A stretch of DNA of 46,103 bases from an uncultured Bacilli bacterium. GTDB taxonomy: Bacteria; Bacillota_I; Bacilli_A; RF39; UBA660. Both the position numbers and the translations under genes were made by a program. The notes beneath the pieces were generated by a model, which saw only the letters and a list, made by a program, of their open reading frames with translations, was not told the origin of the DNA and searched no databases. Shown here piece after piece: positions 7,544 through 16,593 of this stretch (the first letter of the stretch is position 1; each line of letters starts with the position of its first letter). Location: NCBI GenBank assembly GCA_947628525.1, contig CANRAE010000002.1, forward strand, positions 1 to 46,103. The letters run 5' to 3'.

Positions 7544-9730
7544 GTGAACTATATAAAAGGTAATTTAAAAAAAATATTATTTCAAGGTGAGAATGGTTAT
7601 ATAGTTGGATTATTCAAAATCAAAGAAGCTAGTATAGAAAATGAAGAACTTATCAATCAAATTATAACTTTTACAGGTTATTTTCATGATTTAAATGAAA
7701 TAGATACTTATCTTTTATATGGTCAAAGCGTTTTTCATAAAAAATATGGGGAACAATATCAAGTTAATAGTTATGAACGTTGTAAAAGAGAAGATAAAGA
7801 TTCTATCTTTGAATTTTTAACCAGTGGTATTTTTAAAGGAATTGGTGAGAAGAAAGCTAAAAAAATAGTTGATGTTTTAGGCAAAGATACTTTAAAAATT
7901 ATCTTAGATAATCCTGATAATTTATTGTTAATTCCTGGTATTACTAAAAAGCAAGCGGATATGTTACATAATACTTTATTAGATTATGAAAATAGTTACG
8001 AAACCATTATTTTATTAACTGAATTAGGTTTTTCTACCAAAGAAAGTATGATTATATATAATAAATATAAAATTAAAACCAAGGAAATAGTTAATGATAA
8101 TTTATATCAATTAACTTATGATCTTAAAGATCTTAGTTTTAAAAAAATTGATATGTTAGCACTTAACAAAGGTTACAATAAGGATGATGAACGCAGAATC
8201 CAAGCTAGTATTATTTATGTTATGAATGAAATATGTAATTTATTAGGACATAGTTATTTATTAATCGATGAAATATATAAAAGTGCCATGAAAGTAATCA
8301 ACACTTCGATTGCTGATGAAGATTTTATTAATGCTATTAATAGTTTAATTATAGATAACAAAATAGTAAAAGAAGAGGAAAAATATTTTTTATCTTCTAT
8401 GCATGAAGCCGAAGAATATATAAGTAAAAGAATTAAATATTTATTAAATCAAGAACCATGTATTAATAAAAAAATAGAGCTTTTTATTTTAGATTTAGAA
8501 ACAAATTCTCATCTTCTTTATAATGACAAGCAAAAAGAAGCTATTAGACTTTCTGCATTACAAAATTTTTTAGTTATTACTGGCGGTCCAGGAACAGGTA
8601 AAACAACTATTATTCAAGCTATTGTTAATTTATATAAAAATATCAACAAAATATCTACCAAAGAATTAATGGATGAAGTTGTTATGTTAGCACCAACCGG
8701 AAGAGCAAGTAAACGCATTAGTGAATCTACTTCTTTAAAAGCATATACTATTCATCGCTTTTTAAAATGGAATAAAGAAACTAATAAATTTGCTGTTAAT
8801 GAGTATAATAAAAGTGATGTTAAATTAGTTATTATTGATGAAGCTAGTATGGTTGATATTTATTTATTTTACAGTTTATTAAAGGGAATCAAAACCGATA
8901 CTAAAATTATTTTAGTAGGTGATTATTATCAATTACCATCAGTAGGACCAGGAGAGCTTTTAAAAGATATTATTGAAAGTGAAGTAGTACCTGTAATTAA
9001 ATTGGACTATTTGTATCGTCAAAAGGAAGGTTCAAATATCATAACACTTGCTTATGATCTTAATAATGGTGTTGTTAATGAAGATATTTTTAATAAAGAT
9101 AAGGATTTAATTTTTGATTATTGTAAGCGTGATCAAGTTTGTGAGGCTATAAAAAATATTTGTCAAAAACATCAAAAAGATTCTTATAAAGATTTTCAAG
9201 TTTTAGTACCTAGATATAAAACTATTAATGGTATTGATAATCTTAATAAAGTTATTCAAGATATATTTAATCCTCGAAGTAAAAATAAAAAAGAATATGT
9301 TTATGGTGATGTTGTTTATCGTGAAAATGATAAAATATTACAATTGACGAATATGCCTGATGAAAATATTTTTAATGGTGATATTGGTATTATTGATAGT
9401 ATTAATAAAAATGAAATTGTGATTGATTTTGATGGTAATTTAGTACGTTATACACCAAGTAATTTTAATACTTTTAAACATGGTTATGCCATCAGCATTC
9501 ATAAATCCCAAGGAAGTGAATTTAAAACAGTAGTTATACCCGTAGTAAAAGATTATGGCAATATGTTATATCGCAAATTATACTATACAGCTGTTACTAG
9601 AAGTAAAAAGAAACTTTATCTAGTTGGGGAATTAAACGCTTTAACATACGCTAGTAGTAATAATAATGCTGATATAAGACGCACTACTTTAAAAGAACGC
9701 TTACAAAAAAAGATCAAAGTAAAAGTATAA
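7544..9730 (+). CDS. recD2: ATP-dependent RecD-like DNA helicase (RecD2, SF1B)
   Basis: N-terminus YIKGNLKKILFQGENGYIVGLFKI, HhH region, Walker A GGPGTGKTT, LAPTGRASKR, Walker B IIDEASMV, GDYYQLPSVGPG and SIHKSQGSEF. I prefer GTG 7544 (RBS AAGGAG at 7531-7536) because the track start 7484 lies inside the upstream terminator. Confidence 0.9.
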   Translation: MNYIKGNLKKILFQGENGYIVGLFKIKEASIENEELINQIITFTGYFHDLNEIDTYLLYGQSVFHKKYGEQYQVNSYERCKREDKDSIFEFLTSGIFKGIGEKKAKKIVDVLGKDTLKIILDNPDNLLLIPGITKKQADMLHNTLLDYENSYETIILLTELGFSTKESMIIYNKYKIKTKEIVNDNLYQLTYDLKDLSFKKIDMLALNKGYNKDDERRIQASIIYVMNEICNLLGHSYLLIDEIYKSAMKVINTSIADEDFINAINSLIIDNKIVKEEEKYFLSSMHEAEEYISKRIKYLLNQEPCINKKIELFILDLETNSHLLYNDKQKEAIRLSALQNFLVITGGPGTGKTTIIQAIVNLYKNINKISTKELMDEVVMLAPTGRASKRISESTSLKAYTIHRFLKWNKETNKFAVNEYNKSDVKLVIIDEASMVDIYLFYSLLKGIKTDTKIILVGDYYQLPSVGPGELLKDIIESEVVPVIKLDYLYRQKEGSNIITLAYDLNNGVVNEDIFNKDKDLIFDYCKRDQVCEAIKNICQKHQKDSYKDFQVLVPRYKTINGIDNLNKVIQDIFNPRSKNKKEYVYGDVVYRENDKILQLTNMPDENIFNGDIGIIDSINKNEIVIDFDGNLVRYTPSNFNTFKHGYAISIHKSQGSEFKTVVIPVVKDYGNMLYRKLYYTAVTRSKKKLYLVGELNALTYASSNNNADIRRTTLKERLQKKIKVKV

Positions 9731-9804
9731 ATTCATTATTATAAGACATACTAAAAATGGTATTTTAAAAATACTATCATATTTTTGATCAAGAGGTGAT
9801 TGAA

Positions 9805-9960
9805 ATGAAAAAAGCATGGAAATATATATTAGCAGGTTCCTTAGGTGTTGGAGCAGTGGCTCTTGTAAAGAAATGTAATCCTAATATGATCGAAGATATT
9901 AAAAGATCTGTCAATAAAATGAGTAAAAATGCTGCTAATTCAATCGAAAATATGATGTAG
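9805..9960 (+). CDS. Small hypothetical membrane-anchored protein (51 aa, not in the ORF track)
   Basis: Hand translation gives MKKAWKYILAGSLGVGAVALVKKCNPNMIEDIKRSVNKMSKNAANSIENMM. RBS AGAGGTGA lies upstream and a clean terminator downstream. No family recognised. Confidence 0.45.
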   Translation: MKKAWKYILAGSLGVGAVALVKKCNPNMIEDIKRSVNKMSKNAANSIENMM

Positions 9961-9979
9961 TTAGTTTTATCTAACTAAT

Positions 9980-10006
9980 GCAAGGAAAATTCCTTGCTTT
10001 TTTTTT
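9980..10006 (+). terminator. Rho-independent terminator
   Basis: GCAAGGA-AAAT-TCCTTGC followed by a T9 run. Confidence 0.65.
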
Positions 10007-10044
10007 AAGCCATCATTATAATAAACAAATGAGTTGAGGTTTTT

Positions 10045-11295
10045 ATGGATAAGAATTTATTGATTAAATTATTAACAAGCATGAGGGAAAATGATCAATT
10101 TACAGAATATATGGTTCCTTTGTTAAATAATATAAATAATAGTTTTGAAAAAATTTTAACATTAAGAATTGAAGAAGCAAATCAAATATTAAAATTAGAA
10201 AATAATCGTGTGTTACAAGTTACCCAAATATATTTATTGATAAATGATAAATTAGATCCAAAGATCAAAAATATTATTCAATTACAAATTGATAATAATA
10301 ATCGTTCTGCATACTATTTAGCATTACTTTCAAATAATAAATTTTTTTTAAACCATAATCATCATTTGGAAATATTAAAAGATATAGCTAATATTGAAGC
10401 TTTTGATAAAACTAAAATGATATGTGAAGTTGTTGGTGTTAATGATATATTAAAAAAGAATAATAGTGCTGATATTATCAAGATGTTATCGACAGTTGCC
10501 CAATGTAAAACAATAGATGATTTATTTTATATTTGTCAAATAGCCAAAAATCCTAAGCTTATTAATAATCAGCAATATGCTCATATTATTAAGATTCTTT
10601 GTGAATCATTACATCCTATGTATGCTAGCCTAACAGCTAATAAAATAGATCTTTTAAATAGTATAAAACCTTGTGAACTGCTTTTTAAAGTAGGAAATGC
10701 TGTTTCTTGTGAAAGATCTCAAGAAGCTTATGAATTCATTAGCCAAATAGGTCTTGTTAAAGATGAAAAAATTTTGAAGATATTAGATATTATTACTAGT
10801 AATGACAATAAATTTTTAAATCATTATTCGCAAATAATCTTATCCCCAGCTATTTTAGAACATCCCCAAGCAGTGGCCATTGTCAATAGTTTATATAGTT
10901 CACGTGGCGGTTATCAGGCTAAATATGTTGTTAAATTATTAAAAACTACTAATATTTTATTGAAAGATGATGCTTCTGTTATCATTTCTTATATTGCTAA
11001 TGCTTATGAAAAATACAATGCTAAATGTGCATATGAAATAGTATGTTCTGGTCTAAATTATTTAGATCAAGATGAATTATACTCGTTAGTTGAGCAAGTA
11101 GCTCTTGCCCAAGATACTAATGAAGTAACTAAGAAAACATTATTAGCCAAAAAAATAATTTACGAAAAAAGTTTCAATATTCAAAAAATAAATGATATTA
11201 CCGATACAGCTCAATTAGATGGGTTAATTAATTATTTGACTTCTAGTGACGATAAAATAGATACTAACAAAATATTAAAAAAAGATAATTGCTAA
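10045..11295 (+). CDS. Hypothetical alpha-helical repeat protein
   Basis: 416-aa clean ORF, cytoplasmic-looking, with a recurring roughly 35-45-aa helical repeat pattern (A..I....N..IL..NN...II..L). No catalytic motif or family recognised. Confidence 0.55.
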   Translation: MDKNLLIKLLTSMRENDQFTEYMVPLLNNINNSFEKILTLRIEEANQILKLENNRVLQVTQIYLLINDKLDPKIKNIIQLQIDNNNRSAYYLALLSNNKFFLNHNHHLEILKDIANIEAFDKTKMICEVVGVNDILKKNNSADIIKMLSTVAQCKTIDDLFYICQIAKNPKLINNQQYAHIIKILCESLHPMYASLTANKIDLLNSIKPCELLFKVGNAVSCERSQEAYEFISQIGLVKDEKILKILDIITSNDNKFLNHYSQIILSPAILEHPQAVAIVNSLYSSRGGYQAKYVVKLLKTTNILLKDDASVIISYIANAYEKYNAKCAYEIVCSGLNYLDQDELYSLVEQVALAQDTNEVTKKTLLAKKIIYEKSFNIQKINDITDTAQLDGLINYLTSSDDKIDTNKILKKDNC

Positions 11296-11408
11296 TTTAT
11301 TTGACAAAAAATTCCTTTTTTCCGTCAAATAATCTTTAAAAATAAAGATTGTGATAAAATGTGTATAAAAATATGATATATTTATTATATATAATTATGG
11401 AGGAATTT

Positions 11409-12593
11409 ATGTTTAATAAAAAGAATGATAAACAAAAAATAGATTTTTTAAGATTAAATGAAGTAATAAAATTATCGAGAGATATATTAAAAATTATTTT
11501 AATTTTAGAAATAGTTACTTTAATAGTATTAAGTTCTTATATTATAAGAGAATGGAAAATATTTGGTATTATAAGAACAGTTTTAAATATTATTTCTCCA
11601 TTATTTATTGGTATAGTCATTGCTTGGTTATTTGATCCATTAGTTTCTTATTTACAAAAAAGAGGACTTAATCGTCTTTTATCTACTTGTGTTGTTTTTG
11701 TTTTATTTATTGCTATATTAATTTTAGGTGGTAGTCTTATTTTTCCTTCACTTTGGGATCAAATTAATGAAATAATTAATACAGCACCATCGGTTATTGA
11801 TAATCTTACTAATTTTGTCAATAATTTTGTTTCTAATTTAGCAGAGATATATAAGTTTAATCCTGTTGATGTACAAGCTAATTTGGAAAGCGCTTTTAAT
11901 GATTTATTCTTATCAGTTACAGTTGATTTACCTAAGACAATTATTAGTATTGCTAAATCTATAATTAGTGGTAGTATTAATTTTATCTTTGGTTTGTTTA
12001 TTGCTTTTTATATGTTAGTAGATTTTAAAAATGTTAGAAAACATCTTTTAGTTTTTGTTCCAAAGAAGATACATAATGAGTTTATTAAGTTAACTGATAA
12101 ATTAAATAAGTTATTAAAAAGTTATGTATTAGGAACACTTCTGATAATGTTTTTACTATTTATTTGTCAATCAATTGGTTTTGCAATCGCTGGACTGAAA
12201 GCACCACTAGTATTTGGATTATTTTGCGCTATTACTAATGTAATACCTTATTTTGGACCATATATTGGTGGTATACCAGCCGTAATAGTAGGTTTTACGA
12301 TTAGTCCTTTAACTGGTATTTTCTGTTTAATATCTGTTATTATATGTCAAGGTTTAGAAAGTTATTTTTTAAATCCTATTGTTATGAGTAAAACGATGAA
12401 ATTACATCCCGTAACAATTATGATTGGCCTATTGATATTTGGACATTTCTTTGGTATACTAGGTATGATTTTATCAACACCAATTATTTCGTGTGCCAAA
12501 GTTATATTGGTATACTTCAATGATAAATATCAGATTTTAGATATGATTAATGATAATGAAGAAGACGTAGAAAAAGAAAAGTATAGTAAATAA
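11409..12593 (+). CDS. AI-2E family transporter (PerM/UPF0118)
   Basis: Polytopic membrane protein with the typical AI-2E layout and the VIPYFGPYIGGIPAVIV motif. Start placed at ATG 11409 (RBS GGAGG 6 nt upstream). Confidence 0.85.
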   Translation: MFNKKNDKQKIDFLRLNEVIKLSRDILKIILILEIVTLIVLSSYIIREWKIFGIIRTVLNIISPLFIGIVIAWLFDPLVSYLQKRGLNRLLSTCVVFVLFIAILILGGSLIFPSLWDQINEIINTAPSVIDNLTNFVNNFVSNLAEIYKFNPVDVQANLESAFNDLFLSVTVDLPKTIISIAKSIISGSINFIFGLFIAFYMLVDFKNVRKHLLVFVPKKIHNEFIKLTDKLNKLLKSYVLGTLLIMFLLFICQSIGFAIAGLKAPLVFGLFCAITNVIPYFGPYIGGIPAVIVGFTISPLTGIFCLISVIICQGLESYFLNPIVMSKTMKLHPVTIMIGLLIFGHFFGILGMILSTPIISCAKVILVYFNDKYQILDMINDNEEDVEKEKYSK

Positions 12594-12745
12594 TATTTAA
12601 TAGAGAGTTAATGATGGTGGAAATTTAACAAATATTTTACTAGAAAAGCTACTTTGGAGTTTTCAAGGCTAAAACCGTTATAGTAATTAAGACCAAAATA
12701 GGATGGTACCGCGTTTGTTCGCTCCTATATTTTGGTCTTTTATTT
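12565..12745 (+). promoter_or_regulatory. T-box riboswitch leader, alanine-specific (specifier GCU)
   Basis: AG bulge and distal-loop-like AGAGAG...TGGTGGAAA (12602-12623). Specifier-loop-like GAAAAGCTA with GCT at 12648-12650 followed by a purine. T-box sequence AATAGGATGGTACCGCG (12697-12713), whose UGGU bulge matches an A73 discriminator as in tRNA-Ala. Terminator arms GACCAAAATAGGA / TCCTATATTTTGGTC are followed by TTTTATTT. The 5' boundary is approximate and overlaps the end of the upstream CDS. Confidence 0.75.
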
Positions 12746-12761
12746 ATATTAAGGAGGATTT

Positions 12762-13304
12762 ATGAAAAAAATAGTTGCAATCGTTGGTATGTGCGGAAGT
12801 GGCAAAAGTGTGGCATCAGACATTTTAGTTAAAAGAGGATGGAAAAAAGTTTACTTTGGGGGAGTAACTATGGAAAAGTTACAAGAAGAAGGGCTAGAAG
12901 TAAATCCTGAAAATGAAAAAATGATGCGCGAAAGATTAAGAAAAGATTTAGGAATGGGAGCGTATGCCAAAATACTTTTACCTAGAATTAAAGAATATGC
13001 TAAAGATTATGATACCGTGTTAGATGGACTTTATTCTTGGGAAGAATTAAAAATATTAAAAGAAGAATTAAAGGATAATTTAGTGGTCATTGCTATTGTT
13101 GTTGATAAAGAAACAAGATATAATCGTCTATCTATTAGAGAGGTAAGACCACTTAATAGCTTTGAAGCTTCATCGAGAGATGTAGCGGAGATTGAAAATA
13201 TCTCTAAGGCAGGGCCTATCGCATATGCTGACTTTTATATATTAAATAATGGAACTTATGAAGAATATGGCAAAAGATTAGATGAAATATTAAGTATTTT
13301 ATAG
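12762..13304 (+). CDS. P-loop nucleotide kinase-like protein (UPF0200 / dephospho-CoA-kinase-like family)
   Basis: 180 aa with Walker A GMCGSGKS at residues 9-16. The overall pattern (IAIVGM.GSGKS...GLE..PEN...RE.LR...G..A.A......I......V.DG..S.EE...) resembles archaeal UPF0200 kinases as I recall them. Strong RBS AAGGAGG. Confidence 0.65.
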   Translation: MKKIVAIVGMCGSGKSVASDILVKRGWKKVYFGGVTMEKLQEEGLEVNPENEKMMRERLRKDLGMGAYAKILLPRIKEYAKDYDTVLDGLYSWEELKILKEELKDNLVVIAIVVDKETRYNRLSIREVRPLNSFEASSRDVAEIENISKAGPIAYADFYILNNGTYEEYGKRLDEILSIL

Positions 13305-13312
13305 GAGGGTTT

Positions 13313-16000
13313 ATGAAGCGATTAAGTAGTACAGAAATTAGAAATTTATGGTTTAAATTTTTTGAAAGTAAAGGACATAAAATATTAGAAAGCGCGCCTT
13401 TAATACCATTGGATGATAAAAGTTTATTGTTTATTAATGCTGGGGTTGTACCTTTAAAAAAATATTTTGATGGTAGTGTTGTACCTGATAATAAAAGATT
13501 ATCTAGTATCCAAAAATGCATTCGTACTAATGATATTGAAAATGTAGGTTTTACGAAAAGACATTTAACTTTTTTTGAAATGATGGGTAATTTTTCCATT
13601 GGTGATTATTTTAAACTTGAAGCATTGGAATTTGCTTATGAATTATTAACTAGTGAAGAATATTTTGGCATTCCGAAAGATAAAATTTATGTAACGATTT
13701 ATACTAATGATGATGAATCTTTTAATAAATGGGTTAGTTTAGGTCTTGATCCTAGCCATATTGCAAGACTTGATGAAAATTTTTGGGAAATTGGTGAAGG
13801 ACCATGTGGACCAGATAGTGAAATTTTTTATGATCGCGGTATCGAATATGATTTTGATGGGAAAGCCTTAGAACATTTTAAAAAAGATGAGTCCCAAGAA
13901 CGCTATGTCGAAATATGGAATAATGTTTTTAGTCAATATAATTCTAAAAAAGGATTAAAACGTGAGGAGTATCCTGAATTACCTAATAAAAATATCGATA
14001 CAGGAGCTGGACTTGAAAGATGGTGCTGTATTTTTCAAGGTGTAGATTCTCCGTTTGAGACAGATTTATTTGTTCCTATCATTGAGCATATTTCCCATTT
14101 AGCTAACAAAGAATATCATGGCGAAATGCCATATAAAGTTATTGCCGATCACATTAGAACGATCACTATGGCTCTTGCTGATGGCGCTACATTTGAAAAT
14201 GTTGGTCGCGGATACGTATTAAGAAGGTTATTACGTCGCAGTGTTAGAATGGGTAAGAAAATAGGCTTAAATGAACCATTTATTTATCAATTAGTTGATA
14301 CCGTTGCTTCTATTATGCAGGATAGTTATCCAGATGTTTTAAAAGAAAAAGAGACAGTCAAAAAATTAGTATTACAAGAAGAAAAATTATTTCATAAAAC
14401 ACTTGAACAAGGTGAAGCTAGACTTAATCAATTAATTAGTGAAGCCCAAGATAAAAAAATTAGTGGTTATGAAGTATTTAAATTATATGACACTTATGGT
14501 TTTCCTTATGAACTAACCGTTGAATATTTAGAAGAACTTGGTTTTACTACTTCCAAAGAAGAGTATGACCAATATATGAAAGAAGCTAGAAATCTAGCTA
14601 AAAATAGTCGTCAAAATAATGCTAATATGAATATTCAAAATGAAGAATTATTATCTTTTCATGATCAAAGTACTTTTTTATATAATACTACTTCTTTAAA
14701 AAGTCAAATAATCGGTATTTTTGATCAAGATCATTTCGTTGATGAAATCGATGATACAGGATATTTAGTTTTAGAACAAACTTGTTTTTATGCTACTAGT
14801 GGGGGACAAGTTAATGATATAGGTACTATTAAAGGAGAACATTTTCAAGCCGAAGTAATAGATGTTATTAAAGCTCCTTTGGGACAACATTTACATAAAG
14901 TAAAAGTATTAGAAGGTACTATTAAAAAGGGCGATCTTTGCAAACTTAATATTGATGAAGTAAGAAGATGTAAAATAGCAAGAAACCATAGTAGTGTGCA
15001 TCTTTTACAAAAAGCATTACAAGAAGTATTATCTTCGCAATTACATCAAGCTGGAAGTTATGTTGATGATGAAAGATTAAGATTTGACTTTACTTTTACT
15101 GGTCAAATAACAGATGATGATATTTTAAAAGTAGAAAAATTATGTAATGATAAAATAAAATTAAATGATAAAGTAATTGTTCAAGAAATGCCACTTGATG
15201 AAGCTAAAAAGAAAGGAGCAATGGCTCTATTTAGTGATAAATATCAAGATATAGTAAGAGTTGTTACTATTGGTAATTCCATCGAATTATGTGGTGGAAC
15301 ACATGTTACTTATAGTGGAGATATTAAAAAGATAGCTATTACTAAGATAGAATCAAAAGGAAGCAACGTTTATCGTATTGAAGCTGCTACTAATGATAAT
15401 ATTTTTAAGATGGTAAGTGAGGTAGTAGATAATTATGAAAATGAAATAAAAAAATTATTTATGAAAGCCCAAAATATTATGGAAATGGCTCAAAAAGAGA
15501 ATATTAATTTAAGTTTTGACACCAAATTAGCTAAAAATCCTTGTCAATCTTATCAAGATATTATTAATGCTAGAAATAATTTAACCATGGTTATAACTGA
15601 ATTAAAAAAATTAGAAAAGAAATATAATGAAGAAAAAATAAAAAAATCGGTTGGGGAACTAGATCAATTTATGAATCAAGTTGAAACAATTGATAATAAG
15701 AAATTTATTGTTGCTAAAACCAATGATTATGATATGACGGTTTTAAAAAATATAGTTGATAATTTAATGAATAAAATAGGAACGGGTTTGATTTTTATTG
15801 CTAATGTTTCTTACGGCAAGGTTAATTTTATTTGCCGTAGTAATATCGATATTAATGCTGGTAATTTAGTTAAAGAAGCATCATTAAAAGCAGAAGGTAA
15901 TGGTGGTGGTAGTGCGACTTTTGCTAGTGGTTTAGGAAAAACAAGTGCCTATTTAGAGGAAATATTTGCTAACATTAAGGAAAAGCTAGGTTATAAATAG
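13313..16000 (+). CDS. alaS: Alanine--tRNA ligase
   Basis: 895 aa. Contains FFESKGH, FINAGV, QKCIRTNDIENVG, RHLTFFEMMGNFSIGDYFK and the editing-domain HSSVHLL...CGGTHV. The C-terminal DHHA1-like GGG.ATFA region is present. Confidence 0.97.
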   Translation: MKRLSSTEIRNLWFKFFESKGHKILESAPLIPLDDKSLLFINAGVVPLKKYFDGSVVPDNKRLSSIQKCIRTNDIENVGFTKRHLTFFEMMGNFSIGDYFKLEALEFAYELLTSEEYFGIPKDKIYVTIYTNDDESFNKWVSLGLDPSHIARLDENFWEIGEGPCGPDSEIFYDRGIEYDFDGKALEHFKKDESQERYVEIWNNVFSQYNSKKGLKREEYPELPNKNIDTGAGLERWCCIFQGVDSPFETDLFVPIIEHISHLANKEYHGEMPYKVIADHIRTITMALADGATFENVGRGYVLRRLLRRSVRMGKKIGLNEPFIYQLVDTVASIMQDSYPDVLKEKETVKKLVLQEEKLFHKTLEQGEARLNQLISEAQDKKISGYEVFKLYDTYGFPYELTVEYLEELGFTTSKEEYDQYMKEARNLAKNSRQNNANMNIQNEELLSFHDQSTFLYNTTSLKSQIIGIFDQDHFVDEIDDTGYLVLEQTCFYATSGGQVNDIGTIKGEHFQAEVIDVIKAPLGQHLHKVKVLEGTIKKGDLCKLNIDEVRRCKIARNHSSVHLLQKALQEVLSSQLHQAGSYVDDERLRFDFTFTGQITDDDILKVEKLCNDKIKLNDKVIVQEMPLDEAKKKGAMALFSDKYQDIVRVVTIGNSIELCGGTHVTYSGDIKKIAITKIESKGSNVYRIEAATNDNIFKMVSEVVDNYENEIKKLFMKAQNIMEMAQKENINLSFDTKLAKNPCQSYQDIINARNNLTMVITELKKLEKKYNEEKIKKSVGELDQFMNQVETIDNKKFIVAKTNDYDMTVLKNIVDNLMNKIGTGLIFIANVSYGKVNFICRSNIDINAGNLVKEASLKAEGNGGGSATFASGLGKTSAYLEEIFANIKEKLGYK

Positions 16001-16057
16001 TTGTATATGTACTATTAATTGTTTTTTTTAAAAAATATATGGTAAAATATATCTGAG

Positions 16058-16537
16058 GTGGTAATGGTGAGGGAAGTTGTTGCTCTTTTAATCGAAGTCA
16101 AAAAAACAATAGCTGTAATGGAATCTTGTACTGGTGGCGGTATTTGTAACGCTATTACTAATGTTGAAGGTTCCAGTGAAATTTTCTCATTTGGAGCAGT
16201 TACATATTCTAATGAAGCTAAAATAAAAATGGGTCTAGATCCTAAAATCATTGAACAAAATAGTGTTTATAGTATCCAAGTAGCTAATGCGATGAGTAAG
16301 TTAATTTGTCAAATTAATAATGCTAATTATGGTATTGGTGTTACTGGTAAATTAAATAGAATTGATAAAAATAATTTATATGGCGAAGATAATATTGTCT
16401 ATGTAAGTATTTATGATCGCGATCATGATAAATATCTTGAAAAAGAAGTAAAGGTTTTAGAAGAAGATCGTAGTCAAAATAAAGATTTAATTATTGATGT
16501 AATAAGTAAAGAATTATTAAAGTTATTAAGAAATTAA
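16058..16537 (+). CDS. CinA C-terminal domain protein / nicotinamide-nucleotide amidohydrolase PncC-like
   Basis: ESCTGGGICNAITNVEGSSEIFSFGAVTYSNEAK is the CinA_C signature. The exact start is ambiguous (GTG 16058, ATG 16064 or GTG 16067). Confidence 0.85.
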   Translation: MVMVREVVALLIEVKKTIAVMESCTGGGICNAITNVEGSSEIFSFGAVTYSNEAKIKMGLDPKIIEQNSVYSIQVANAMSKLICQINNANYGIGVTGKLNRIDKNNLYGEDNIVYVSIYDRDHDKYLEKEVKVLEEDRSQNKDLIIDVISKELLKLLRN

Positions 16538-16593
16538 AGAGAAAGGTTCAATCTTTGAATTATTGATAAGATTGATGGTAGGTGATAATTAGA

